In this document: piece by piece, positions 1-13,044 of the stretch
How the letters are laid out: each line of letters starts with the position of its first letter
Position numbering within the stretch: the stretch's first letter is position 1
Assembly (NCBI GenBank): GCA_000182565.2
Contig: KQ257456.1
Strand: one strand, 5' to 3'
Length of the DNA: 64,000 nucleotides
From: Spizellomyces punctatus DAOM BR117
Taxonomy: Eukaryota
Notes under the pieces: model-generated
Database searches by the model: none
Told to the model about the DNA's origin: nothing
What the model saw: the letters and a program-made list of their open reading frames with translations, nothing else
Made by a program: the position numbers and the translations under genes

Positions 1-224
1 GCCGTATTCGGCTCCATAGTCTTGCGAACATCCTTCACCAGAAGTGACAGACTACGTCCGACCACACCTGATTTGATCACAAAAGATTTTGGGACCTTTG
101 CGGCGGCGGCTTCATCCGTTTTTACGTGAGTTCTTCTCTTTCTCTAATAGACAGAGTGGGGACACTTGAGTGAGTTCGATTAGCTCCCATTCATGGCCAG
201 GTGGAGACTTACCCTTCGCCCCAT
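1..224 (-). CDS. SSF1: Ribosome biogenesis Brix-domain protein Ssf1/Peter Pan (5' part, runs off the window)
   Basis: 12-nt first exon ATG GGG CGA AGG (213-224), a GT-AG intron, then RKRRTHVKTDEAAAAKVPKSFVIKSGVVGRSLSLLVKDVRKTMEPNTA, the typical Ssf1/PPAN N-terminus. Confidence 0.9.
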
Positions 225-300
225 GGTTGTTTTGATCTCAAAACAACTGCGAGAAAAGTTCAAGAAAGCTGTTCATCTTTCCAACTGCTGTGCCACACAT

Positions 301-308
301 ATCACGTG
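301..308. promoter_or_regulatory. ATCACGTG E-box in the SSF1 / TFIIIC6 divergent promoter
   Basis: The same 8-mer recurs upstream of RRP3 and MAK11; function is inferred. Confidence 0.45.
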
Positions 309-364
309 GACCGAACCTTGCTGATGCCACTCAATGGTGAGGACGAGAACCATGACACGCGCCA

Positions 365-1053
365 ATGGACACCGAAGATATCAGTGACACTGACGCTGTA
401 GGAGAAGAGGAAGAAGCAGACGCTCACGGCGATGAATCGGACGAATGGGAAGAAGAGGTGTGGGTATACTGCATGGTCTTGCTTTCCACCTGCAACGCCA
501 GCTCACACATCACCCTGCCAGACGACATATGTTGTCCTAGATCTTGGGACGGATGTTACAGTAGATACTGTTAAAGCGGCGGCATCCGAATATGACGGTG
601 TTTCACTCATAGTATGTTACTTGCATGGTCATGACGACGCGAAGCGTGGAGCTAAGCTGACTGATTTTAGGGACTGGACACACCCTCACCGTACTTGCGA
701 GTGGGCAATCTCATGTTTAAAGGGGCTTTTGACCGGACCATCGGCACCGATATGATCTTTGCAGCTTCAGCGCAAGATGAAAACAGACCCAAACGTAGGT
801 GGTAAAGATTTCGTTTAGCGGAGGTGATGGGTCAGTAGTCAACAACCTTCCGCTTGTAGGGCCGCCAACGGGCCCGCTTCCCCTCTCCACCGACCCAAAC
901 CGGCCAGATGTCAGCATGACCTACTTAGGGCAATCAACCATGAAGACCAAATTTATGCGAGTGACTCTTGAACCCAAAGCACGCCCATCTAATGCATCAG
1001 ATGAAGCAGAGATTACTGGGGCTTCGAAACAACCTGCCACTGAGGCAGACTAG
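365..1053 (+). CDS. TFIIIC subunit 6-like protein (tau55/Sfc7/GTF3C6), 4 exons
   Basis: Acidic N-terminus; spliced TTYVVLDLG...SLIGLDTPSPYLRVGNLMFKGAFDRTIGTDMIF...YLGQSTMKTKFMRVTLEPK matches the TFIIIC_sub6 pattern. Confidence 0.75.
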
Positions 1054-1395
1054 CTCGTGTCCCTCTGAAGCCCACATTATTATCTCTTATTCTAATCCAG
1101 CTGGCCCTGGTGACCTAAATAGATTGTGGCGAACCGTAAATTGATGTGCCGTTTAAGCTCGTCTCTGTCAGTTGCCAATACTATCTCGCCCTCCATCCCA
1201 GATAGCTCTGGTGCCCTGTGTTTCAATTGAACAGTCTAGAAATCAAATTGGCAAAAAGCCTTGGAAAGTCATGTATCGTGGTTATGGCCGATCTGCAACA
1301 CGTAATCCAAGTAAATCACGAGCAGGACCCACAAGTCAGAGATCGCACTTCACATTGCCGTGTCCAGAGTTCATCTTTCTTCAACTCTCCTCAAC

Positions 1396-2406
1396 ATGCT
1401 TGTGAACACCAACTCAACCCCAATAGTCACCGTCTTTGTGACGAGTGAAGGCGTATCCTCGGAAAGGCGCTTCGATAAGGCAATTACAATAAGTAAACTT
1501 AAGGTGGTAAACTGCCCGACATTTCGAATCGTAAAATCCGTCGATCTCAAACATATTCCTCTCTTTGATGCAAAAGGAACGTCTTGAGCCGATAACAGGT
1601 GTTCCAGTATCGACAATGAAGGTTCAGCTGTATACTGCCACCGACCAACTGGTGGGCACACTTGACGACGACGAGAAGATGTTGGGCTACTATCCTGTGG
1701 CAGACTACATGCGATTGGAGGTATGTCGCTCGGTCAAGACCCTTATACTATACCTAGAGACTATATCAACAGACCATACTTGTTGAATGTTAATTTAGGT
1801 CATTGACTTGAACCAACGCCGAAGGAAGAACGAATTCCATGATGTATCGCAAGTGGAAAAGTTTGAGATATCTGATGCAGAGTACGACAAGCGCAATGGT
1901 AGGGCTTTGGAGTATGCTTTATGTTTATCTAGAGTGGAATGAAACACGCCGGTTACCAGATTCTGTTCGAGCTTTTCTACAACGAAACAAGATGGGCAAG
2001 TTTGCGGAGAAAACAGACGCGGACCGGGAGTTGGAAGTACAATACAAGGAAGAGGCAGATAAAACTAAAGTGGGAGATCGATGTGAGGTCGAGGCTGAAG
2101 GGGATGGGCTTGTAAAGCGGGGTACTGTCCGTTTTGTTGGTACGGTACAATTTAAGCCTGGTTACTGGGTGGGAGTTCAGTATGATGAACCCCTGGGAAA
2201 GCATGACGGAACGTAAGTCAAGCATTGTCTGCTGTTATCTCACGCAGACGTGGCCAATGATCATGCTTTCTTCGACTGTTTCCAGGGTCCAAGGTGTGTC
2301 TTATTTCACCTGCCCACCAAAATATGGTGCATTCGTCCGGCCGAACAAGGTAAAAGTAGGGGACTACCCGGAAGACGACCTTATGGATGAACTAGATGAG
2401 ATGTAA
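1396..2406 (+). CDS. TBCB: Tubulin-folding cofactor B (ubiquitin-like + CAP-Gly)
   Basis: [22 protein letters not shown], then CAP-Gly [37 protein letters not shown] and C-terminal DEM. Confidence 0.93.
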
Positions 2407-2467
2407 CATGATAGGTTGTATATATACACTGTATAGAAAGTTTTGATGAACGGATATCGGGGTTATG

Positions 2468-4783
2468 TTATTCGTCATCGTCGTCGTCCTCGCCAAAGAC
2501 CTAAGATAACGCGGGTGAGGCGTCTTGCTAACTTATTCGCTAAAATGGAACCTACATCAAAATAATCGAACTCGGCCTCCTCCCCATCCTCTTGGGTTGG
2601 ATTATCTTCATCTGCGCCAATTTCTGGTCGTCAGAACTGACGAGCCGGTGAGACCATGAGAAGATTGCAGGACTTACCTTCCCCACGCTGTGCTGCTTGC
2701 AGGTTTCGCATCAGCTCGTCCACCTTTACAATTGCTGGCTAAGCTGATTTGCAGATAACTATAGTGCTGGTACATCCACCCACCTTGCTCTTGACTCTCT
2801 GCTCAATGTCGTTTCGTTCACTTACCGCAGCTGAAGCCTCAGCAGCGCGCTGCGATGCAACCGCCCTGGCCTGGGCCTGGGATGCTGCTTCCTGCTCATC
2901 CCACTCGAAGGACTCTTCAATGTCTTTCCCTTGCAGCTTATATATCTTCTTTTTCGTCATATCACGGATCGCATCATAATGTGATCGTTCAAACCACCCG
3001 TCACGATCCTAATGCAACAGTTTAGAAGACGCCGTGCCGACTAATAATAAAGATCAATCTGTTTACACTAACGTCATAAGTAGATCGAATGAAGTGCTTG
3101 CTGTGAATCATTTTCACTAAATCCGGATCGGTAACGTCGCACATCTGGAACAGCCCTGATTCTCTAAACGTTTCACCGTCGAATATATGTGAATCGTCCG
3201 ATCTGGTGGATTTAACATAGAGCATCATGAGTGTTTGGGTCCTACGCCTGCCTGGGACCTGCACATGCTTACTGGTTGGCGTCTACTGATTGCGGCAATT
3301 CGGACTCGGAACTCGCCTCGCGGTCTTCCCCAGGATTGTAGGCCCTCCCTCGGACCAACTGAGCTGATTCCACCACTCCAATCAAGCGCTTGGCTCTAGC
3401 AAACGCCCTTGGCGTCTTGACAAATCGCACATCAATAATTTGATATAGTCTCGCCTCTCGGTCCCGTCTTGGATCATATCCGTATCTAATCCAGCAATCC
3501 CGCCATGGACCACTGGTCGCCACATATGCATGTATAGGCATCAACCTCTTCATTAGGTTGCGATACGCAGGGGGCATTGAATTGTGCAGGGCAAGCCGTG
3601 TCCATATCGGACGCTCCTGAAAGAGTGCTCGCATACGAGCTAGAGCTTCGTTTGGTATATCCGCAAGGCTGACTCCTTCCGGTGGTCCTGAAGGAACTTC
3701 CTGGGTAGACTTGTTGAATGTGATGGCCGTAAATTTGATCCGGCGATACCGATTGATCAACTTCATTACTGGTGGCTAACATGCGAGAGCAGATCAGCTC
3801 CTCTAATCATCCACTCGTCTCACCACTAAGCATGGCATCGTACCTCATTTCCTGTTTGTCGGACCAAAACTTTCACTACTGCAAAATTCTGTCGGTAGCT
3901 TGTACGTACGGTAGCGTTAGAGAGTGACTTGCGTAGCTCAACGTGCATCGGAGGACTCTCACCCATAGTCTAAAGGCCATTCTATCCGGGAAAATGATGG
4001 TGGAGGCATATTGCGCAGATTCTCCTGTGGCCCTTTGTCATTTGCCAAGCTAAAGTGCTCAATCCCGTCCGCTGTAGAACCAAGTCGTGAATCAACCTAT
4101 CAGAACGCTACGTAAAGAACTCGTCGTACCTTCAAATGTGTGCATACTTCTTCGGAGCTGGACAATGGGATCGTTTTGGTCCGGTATCCACTGATAATCA
4201 GCAATTGCTAATATGAACAATATTAGCTGTTGATTGGACAGCTGGGTCTTGAAGTAACTTACCTCGAAAACGGCATGTTTTCGTTACAGTGCCGATTATC
4301 TGGGTTTTGACGTCTGCGGGGCTCTCTTCCATTGGCGGGGAATGGGCTTTGGTACCCTTCCTTTTTTTTCTCCTCCGCGTGACCTTTAGCAGTAGATTGC
4401 CCGTATTGATAATGTCACCATTTATTGGATGTGAAAATGGATCGGTCGGACGATATCTCAGCTCCAAAACGTTTAGTCCGTCGGTGAACGCCTAAAAAGG
4501 TTCAAGTGGGGCGAAGGAAATTGTTGAAACATGTCCATCATTACCTGCCTAACATGCCTTTACCCTACACCATAGTGCGCCTTTCCGACAACATGCACTG
4601 ACGCCTCCCATGTCTACGCACCTTTTCGATAGCTTCAATTCCACCCAGCGTCCTAAGGGCGTTTTCAGTATTCTTGATATAGCCTGGATACTCGACTACA
4701 TGAAAAGTCCAGCCAGGTAGGGGTTGTGAAGGTGCGGGCTTATATGTAGGTATATTTTGGTTTGTTGCTGGAACCGTAGCCAT
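2468..4783 (-). CDS. TFC1: TFIIIC subunit 5 (tau95/Tfc1/GTF3C5)
   Basis: VVEYPGYIKN..ALRTLGG, ELRYRPTDPFSHPI, FQERPIWTR, SGPWRDCWIRYGYDPR, acidic tail FGEDDDDDE*. Confidence 0.92.
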
Positions 4784-5194
4784 TGTGCGTCGATGGCGAC
4801 AATGTTATCCGGTGATCTCTAGATCTACAGTACACAAGCTGCCCGTGTCTGGTAAGCAACGATCCCAGCAGAGTGACTCATCGACCGCGTTGTCAGCAAC
4901 AGCACCACAAACTGAAGACCTCACCGCCAGAATCCTAGAGATTCATCCTGTGCATTCACGTACGTCGCTGAGAGCGAGCCTGTTCTTTTTAGGCCGCAGA
5001 TTGAGGTGGACGGCTCTAACTTACTGGTGAGCCAGTTGCCAGCTCGCATTTCCCTCGATTTTGAGCCAAGGCAATCAACGAGCATCCGACGTCTCCATTT
5101 GTCATTCCCCGTTCAATTTTGGCGTATCGAGCATTGTTGAGCTCTACCGACTGCAAGATTTCTCATTTTTCCATTGCTACTGCACATCTTGAAT

Positions 5195-5684
5195 ATGTCT
5201 CGACAGTCTCTCAACGACGAAGTTATGGCAGAGACCGTCAAGCTTGTCAGCTCTGACGGTTTCGAGTTTGTCATCGATCGGAAATGCGCTATGGCGTCAG
5301 GGACCATCAAAAACATGCTTTCCAGTCCAGGTACATTTTGGGACTTTGCTATATTTGCGAAAACACACCGCTGCTGTCGGGGTGGAATCTGATAGTTGGG
5401 ACTTATCAATGATTGTTTTAAAAAAAGGCCAATTCACCGAGTCCGTTCAAAACACGGTCAACTTTCGTGACATCAAGTAATGCCATAGACCAATGCTGTA
5501 TAATTCCTTTTTACACCTCTCATTTCTTTTCTTTGATGCTAGGGCCGTCATATTGGAGAAGGTCTGCAAGTATCTTTATTACAAAGTCCGATACACAAAC
5601 AGCACGTCAGAAATCCCAGACTTTGTCATTGAACCGGAGATTGCATTAGAACTTTTGATGGCTGCGGATTTCTTGGATTGTTAG
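5195..5684 (+). CDS. ELC1: Elongin C
   Basis: [28 protein letters not shown]...[14 protein letters not shown]...[13 protein letters not shown]; 3 exons. Confidence 0.96.
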
Positions 5685-6201
5685 TTAGATTTGTGTTGGC
5701 AGTCACCACCTTGCCAAAACTATACCCGAGACTATGTACATAGGTATTCTGCAATAAATGGAAGAACGTAGGGTTTCGTTGACGTCAAAGCCGTTGGAAG
5801 CACGCTGGCTGGTGAGACATTTGGCAATCTAATCGGGCGTTACTAATGAGCTTAGTAAAACGTGGGAGCCATCTGAGTCATGTTTCAAGATATTGCTTGG
5901 GTGTGTTGTTTTCCATCATCGTTATCCGCCACCACATCATCTACAAAGGATTTGCTTGTCCTCCACCTGCCAAACAACACTTGATCGCGTCCACCAGCTT
6001 TGTCCCCAAATATAGGGCCTCGAAGCTCGTCGCGTTCTTGTCAAAATTCGGTCTCCCAAAGCTGTTCTTCGTTCTGTTAGGGCCTCCTTTGCGAGGGTCA
6101 TCAGATGTATGTGATGTTCATAGAGCTCCTGTTTGTTGCTCATATAGGGGAGCACTGTGGTTGACCCATTTTACCATGGTTTTGTAGACATTGTCTTTGA
6201 A

Positions 6202-8196
6202 ATGGCGGGCCCTGTCAGTCCCTCTGCTGAAGACAGCATGGTCGTGATTGGTGAGACTCGCTGTCTGCAGCTGTCGCTTTTTCCATAGATATTAAAAATA
6301 CCTTGTTTTGCCACGGCCAGTATTGGGAGCCTCTGGTATGTAGGACCGGTGCAATTTGCAATGCCTTCGAGCCAAACTAACGCACCTTTTCGCCAGGCGA
6401 CCTTGCATTCAAGAAGACATATCCTGCGCTCTTTGGCTTATACAAAAACAGCTTTCTTCCTCCGAACACCGACATTGTCGGCTATGCGCGATCCCATATC
6501 GAACTGGACGAGTTCCGGAAACGTATCTCTTCTCGCATCAAGGTCAACAACGAGAAGGAACAGCAGCAGTTGAAAGAGTTCCTTGCCAAGTGTACATATG
6601 TTTCTGGCAGTTACGATGATGCGAAATCGTTCAAAAAATTGAACGATGCAGTCGACGACATTCAAAAGCGGGTGGGCGGTTATAGGCACCGCGTCTTTTA
6701 CATGGCGTTGCCCCCGTCAGTTTTCATCCCAGCCTCCAAAGGGCTGAGGGAACATGTATATACTAGAAAGGGAAACAATCGACTGATTGTCGAAAAACCA
6801 TTTGGAAAAGACACCGAGTCTTCCAAAGAGCTTGGGCACGCACTAGCCCAACACTGGCTGGAAGATGAGGTGAGAATAGGCCCTTTTTGCGCATAACATA
6901 CTAAGCCTTGCTAATGCGCGATAACGTAGATTTATCGTATTGATCATTACCTCGGTAAAGAAATGGTCAAGAATCTTATGATTTTACGGTAAGATCAGCA
7001 AATACGAGCTATCTAGTCAAGGCTGACCATCTTTCAGCTTTGCCAACGTGTTTTTCGGTGCTGTCTGGAATCGGCAATATATTCACAATGTCCAGATCAC
7101 ATTCAAAGAGCCTATCGGAACCCAGGGGCGTGGAGGCTACTTTGATGAATTCGGCATCATTCGTGACGTACGTATCAACGGCTAGCAATGATTATTAGCA
7201 TTATGCAGAATGAACCATTGAGACATCTTGATTGCATAGATCATGCAAAACCATCTTCTCCAAATCCTATCTATTGTGGCCATGGAGAAACCGGTCACAC
7301 TGGATGCGGAAGATGTCCGTAATGAGAAGGTCTGTTGATATCGTGCAATGAAGGAATCGCTTATCTGGCAAATGATTGACACATGACTTTAGGTTAAAGT
7401 TCTCCGCGCCATTCAACCACTGACTGTGGACGACGTGCTACTCGGTCAATACACAGGAAGTCCTGATGGCAAGGAACCTGGATATTTGGAAGACAAGGGT
7501 GTTCCGAAAGATTCGGTCACTCCGACTTTTGCTGCTGCGGTGTTTTACATTAAGAGCGAACGTTGGGACGGTGAGTCTGGATTGACTAGGATCAACTAGT
7601 GTGCACCGAGCGCTAAACGACTCTTTAATAACTTTCAGGGGTTCCCTTCATTTTGAAATGCGGAAAAGGTAACGAGAATGCTGGTGCCTTGTTCAAATCT
7701 GCGCCTTTAGAGCTTACACTGTTTTCCGTTCATAGCGTTGGACCAACAAAAGACGGAAATTCGCGTCCAGTTCCAGGACGTTGCTGGTAACATTTACCCG
7801 AACATCGCTCGTAACGAACTAGTTGTCCGCGTGCAACCGGAAGAGGCTGTATACATGAAGTTCATGAACAAAAAGCCCGGGCTGTCGTCTGCTGCCGTCA
7901 CGTCCGAGCTGGATCTGTCGTACGCTAAGCGTTATCAGGACGTGAAGATTCCCGACGCTTACGAATCCCTGATTTTGGATGTCCTCAAGGGAGATAAGGC
8001 CAACTTTGTTCGAGACGACGAGTTGGATGCGGCATGGAAAATCTTCACTCCACTCTTGCACCAGATCGAGCGCGAGAAGATCAAGCCAGAGCAGTACGCC
8101 TTTGGCTCACGTGGGCCCGCTGGGTTGAATGCCTTTGTGGAAAAGCACGGGTACAGGAGGGACGCCGGATACCAGTGGACGCCTCCAAAGATTTGA
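6202..8196 (+). CDS. ZWF1: Glucose-6-phosphate 1-dehydrogenase
   Basis: Spliced [76 protein letters not shown]; probable 5'UTR intron at ~6107-6186. Confidence 0.97.
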
Positions 8197-8362
8197 ATGT
8201 ATAAATGCAGAAATCATGCAGGCATCTATTACCGACTTTCTGAGACTTATCATTGTAAACCTCTGGATATCACCATGTTCTTTATGTGCCATATATGAAG
8301 ATATGTGGTTCTCATTTTTGAAAGGTAGTGGACAATATACACTATCATATTTTGAATGGGTC

Positions 8363-10111
8363 TCATTGAGTGGGGGCTGCCGGTTGTGGCTTTGTTTGTG
8401 CAGCAGTAGGTATTTGCAGAGTCTCCACCGTGTTCTTTGCGGGAATGCTAAAAGTTGCCGAATTAGATCATGGTATAACCTGACATTATCTCATGAGATA
8501 CTTACTCTTTCAGCCACATTAGCGACGGTCGCAATCGGGATGAAATGTAGAAATCTCCAGGTCCCCGTAATAGGTAATATCCCTATGAGGAACCAAGTTG
8601 CAGCCGGGATTATTACGCCCATGTTATAATACATTTCGCACGTACCCTGTCACCAAACAACCACTGCTTGATATGCAAGAAAGTGAAACGAGTTACGCGC
8701 AAGGTTGCGTCCGCTGTCCGTTTTAGAAGCTTGCTGGCAATCTCTTGCGCGGAATTTATTGTTGGAGCGACCTTTGGTGCATCATTCAAAGCCTTCTTTG
8801 TCTCTTTTGCTTCTCTTGCTCCCGGTGTTTGTACTAGCCGTTTCAATTTCTCCGAGATATTGAATTTCGGTATAGTGGACTTGACCGCTCGTTGGGCTTG
8901 ATTGGCCGGCTTGGGATCAATGGAGGCATCCCATGCAATGATATGGCTAAGAACATGAGTTCCGGACCTACTTTCCAGGAGCTTCCAAAAAGTGCATCCC
9001 ACCTACCTAGGATCTACCCTGTATTCTTCTCCAGGTGCCAATACCAGGCGATACAGTCCTCCATACGAGGTGATCGCTAATGTTCCTTTCCCTTTTACAC
9101 GATAATTGAAGATTCCATCCACCCCCTATTACCAACGGTTCATTAAAACATATTCAAATATAATTATAAACGACACGGGTGATGGTGAGCCTACCAATCC
9201 AAACCCCTTTGGTGAGCTGGACACGCCAAGTCCAGGACTTGCGGCTAGGAACGCCTTTTGACGCACGTAGTATTCTGATGTACCATCCATGGGGATAGCC
9301 GCGATATCTCCAATCTGCTTTGGAGCGATAATAACATCTCCTGGGGCACCGGTCGTCCAAAACTGTATTGCACCCGTCATGAGTACGCTGTGCTTGTTCA
9401 TGAAACTGTGTAAAGATGTTTGTTATACCCGTTGCCAAAACAAAGCTCCGCCTCCCAATTTCCGTGAGACGGCCTGTATGGGGCCGCCTTCAGTGGATAA
9501 TCCCGTCTCGATCTGTTGTGATGGGAGTATGCATATTTGATTAACGATTGATTGTCAACATACAACATTTTAAAAACGCACCCCGGAGGAGAATCCGATT
9601 GCCGTGTTCACCGTCGTGTAAAAGTGTGAAGAAGGAGGAACCTTTGCCACAATCACAGACCCTGATACAGTCATTAGATCATCAAAGCAAATGAGTAACG
9701 AGATGTGACGGATCGTTACCCGGCCCAGTGCTGACCACCTCAAACACCGGCTCATCACGTAGAGGTACTTTAAGCCATTTGGTCGCACTCGTAAGACCTA
9801 TGTAAAACAAAGTAAGTCTGGTATATAAACATAAAGACTCTACAGCTTCTAGTACCTGCAGCTACTTCCACGCCCTCTCCTTTGCTGCTCTCCTCAGGTA
9901 CACTCGCCTTGTTCTCCAACCCCGCGGTGATATCTATCCGTGGTTTGCGATTCAGGGTTTCAACGCCCTGTACGGAGGCGTCAGGTTGAGATGTCGGTGC
10001 ATTGAACGCTAGACCCGCATATGCTCGCAGAGGAGTTACAGGACCGTATGCAACCCCCAACCTGCCAGATGGGGTTAGGCAGCGTGCCTGTAAAAGTCCA
10101 CGCGAATGCAT
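8363..10111 (-). CDS. AIM24: Mitochondrial AIM24-family protein
   Basis: Arg-rich targeting-like N-terminus; PGDVIIAP..IGDIAAIPMDG..YYVRQKAFLA; spliced C-terminal GYYLLRGPGDFYISSR; stop at 8363. Confidence 0.8.
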
Positions 10112-10489
10112 TCTAAAACCACCAGATGGAACAAGATACTAAACGTCCTTGCAAGTTGATCGGGAATTGCGAAAATGGATGAGTCATTATAGCCACGTGA
10201 TGTAATTATATAAGCCGAAAGCCAGATCCCGTCCGATCGTCAATCAACCTAAAAACAAAAAACTCAAGCTTAAATATAGTAACCCCATGTTGACATGGAT
10301 GTCATCGTTGATATACAATTACCCTTGTACCGTATCAATGAAGCTCCGGTTACCGGGAGAAACTTTAAGTACCAATGCATGCCTCCCGCAAGCTTTATTT
10401 CTCGAGTCCAACCTGGTCAGCCCAAAAAATTGGCAGCCTGCCTTGTGCACTAGTGTAGCTAGACCTATTCTTTACCTCCAACGATCGAC

Positions 10490-11627
10490 ATGGCCGATCA
10501 GAAAACCCCGTCAGCAGCCTTTCTGGGCGTTACAACGGCCATAGAAAGCGTCGCATTTCTCTTCCAAACATATCATATGATACTAGCTATTCGGGTGGCC
10601 TGGTTCGAAAACCATGTGGTACCACCGTCAACAGATTCACCATCGCAGACCACCCAAGTTGATCGCGGCGGAACATGGTTCGACCGAATCATTGCGATTA
10701 TCATGATACTGCTGTGGCTTTATGGGGGGTTCAATATTGCTTTGGCGTTGTTGTCCGGACGTGACGGGCAACTTGCTTTTCAGTTTTGTGTTGCAACGGT
10801 GGATACGGTTTTCTTTAGTGGGGGTTCCATATATTTGTGGTTGGTGGTGAGACGATTTGGAGTCGTCTATGGTGCTGTGCGAGTTGGTATAAATCCCAAA
10901 TGGTGAGTGAGACGGAGGAGTCTTTCGAATAACCATGATTTCCCATGGTTTTGTTTTATTTTGTTATCTAATACGGTGTCAAACCAGGTTCAAGGCATTT
11001 GAGATCCTAACCATTTGCTGTATGACGCTGTCGGCGGGTCCTGTCGTCCTCTTTGACTGGGTAGCTGTCTTTCAACGTCACGACATTCCCGAGTGGCAGC
11101 CGGACGGAAGCTCGACCAATGGCGTTGTTTTGACGTTTATTTACAACACTTTTGTTCTCCTTGTCGATTGCGCGGTGTCATTAATACTCTACGTGACGTT
11201 GAAAAAGGCCGTCGCGGAACTACGTGATGTCATGAAACCTGGGATACAGCCATGGAACGACCCGAGTAGCGCGCTCAAGCCCGCTTTGTCAAAAGAGATG
11301 GTGCAAGTTGAGCAACAACCCGCAACGATGTCTATCTTATCCCCACCACTCAGAACAAAGCACCATAATTTAAGTAACGTGAGCATGCTTCGAAGTACGG
11401 GAGTCGGTGTCACATGGCTAGTCAGCATCAGCATAGTCGGAGCCATACTCGCCATTGTGGACAATTTGCTCATTCAAGATCAGCTATCGCTTGCTCACGG
11501 TGTTTTATTACATTTGGCCTGGACGACGCCAATTTGGCATGCCCGATTTGCTTGGATATATTTAGCTTCTGTCAAAGATCTCGTTAAGGAGATGTCTAAC
11601 CGACACCCTCAATCTTATAAGGACTGA
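10490..11627 (+). CDS. Orphan seven-transmembrane protein (GPCR-like topology), 2 exons
   Basis: ORFs 10490-10906 and 10935-11627 join across a GT-AG intron (~10903-10987); seven hydrophobic segments with a long loop between TM5 and TM6. Confidence 0.7.
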
Positions 11628-11806
11628 CGAGGAGATATCTCGCGTCGTTCGCACGACAGCTGATGGTGTAATGCCGGAACTGATCCATAATTGGTTATGT
11701 ATGCAACTTTTTCCGTCAGAATACCTTGTATTCAATTAATAGATATCTACTAGTATACACCTCCCGAACCAAAATATTCATAGACTAACTACAAAATACA
11801 TCCCGT

Positions 11807-13044
11807 TTAGAAGCCCTTTGGATGCAATTGGTGGAACTTCCAAGCTGTAGCCACGATCTTATCAATGGAATCGTACTTTCGCTTCCAACCAAGAACTTTC
11901 TCGGCTTTGGTGGAAGATGCGACCAAGGTTGCTGGGTCGCCAGCACGTCTATAGGTCGACAATAGCATTTAGTATCACTCCCGAGCGTCATACATTGGGA
12001 GATTATCTTACCGTGGTTTGATTTCTGCGGGGATCGGGTGACCAGTTACTCGCCGTGCGGCATCGATAATTTGTTTCACCGAGTATCCGTGCCCGCTGCC
12101 CAAGTTGAAGCGGTTGGACTCGTTGGTCTCCCCGAGATAGTCCAACGCCTACGCACGACAATGCATCCATTAGCAACGACTCCAAAACATATATCTCGCC
12201 CGTGCCCCAACGTACCTGAATGTGAGCAGAGGCTAAGTCGGTCACGTGAACGTAGTCCCTCACACAGGTTCCGTCCTCTGTATCATAGTCATCCCCGAAA
12301 ATAAAGACCTTCTCTCGCTTACCCGCTGGTACTTGAAGTACCAGGGGAATAAGATGCGATTCTGGCGTATGATCTTCTCCAATATCACCCGCTTCATCCG
12401 CCCCACATGCATTGAAATACCGCAAACAGACATACTTGAGGCCAAACGCTTGATCGCACCAATGTAAGATCTTTTCCACCGCAAGTTTGGTTTCCCCGTA
12501 CGGGTTCACGGGTTTGGTGGTATCATCCGCTTCAATGGGGATGCGATCCGGCATGCCAAAGAGCGCGGCGGTGGAGGAGAAGATAAAGTACTTTGATCCG
12601 TACTTTTGCATGATTTGAAGGAGGGTGACCGTTCCAGATACATTATTTTCGTAGTAAGATAGAGGATCCACGCAGCTTTGTGCCACTTCAATAGAAGCCG
12701 AGAGGTGGTACACTGCTACGGGCTTGTGCTTTGCAAAGACTTCATCCAAGCGTTGTTTATCGCGAATGTCGCCCTGTTCAAATGTGACCGCTTGCGGGAT
12801 AGCGGCGGTATGACCTAGCCAGAAAACAAATCTTGGCACAAATCAAAAACATTTCAAGACATACTCGCCCCTCACCAGTAGACAAATTATCCAGCACAAT
12901 AATCTCGTGCTTTCCGAGTTTATGGAGCTCACGGACGAGATGGGAACCAATGTAGCCCGCACCACCGGCAATAAGGATCTTTGAAAAAATTACCCATCAG
13001 TTCAGTAACCTCCCTACTCGGCTGTGAATGGAACTTACCTTCAT
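11807..13044 (-). CDS. galE: UDP-glucose 4-epimerase, bacterial-type GalE, 5 exons
   Basis: [81 protein letters not shown]. Confidence 0.93.
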
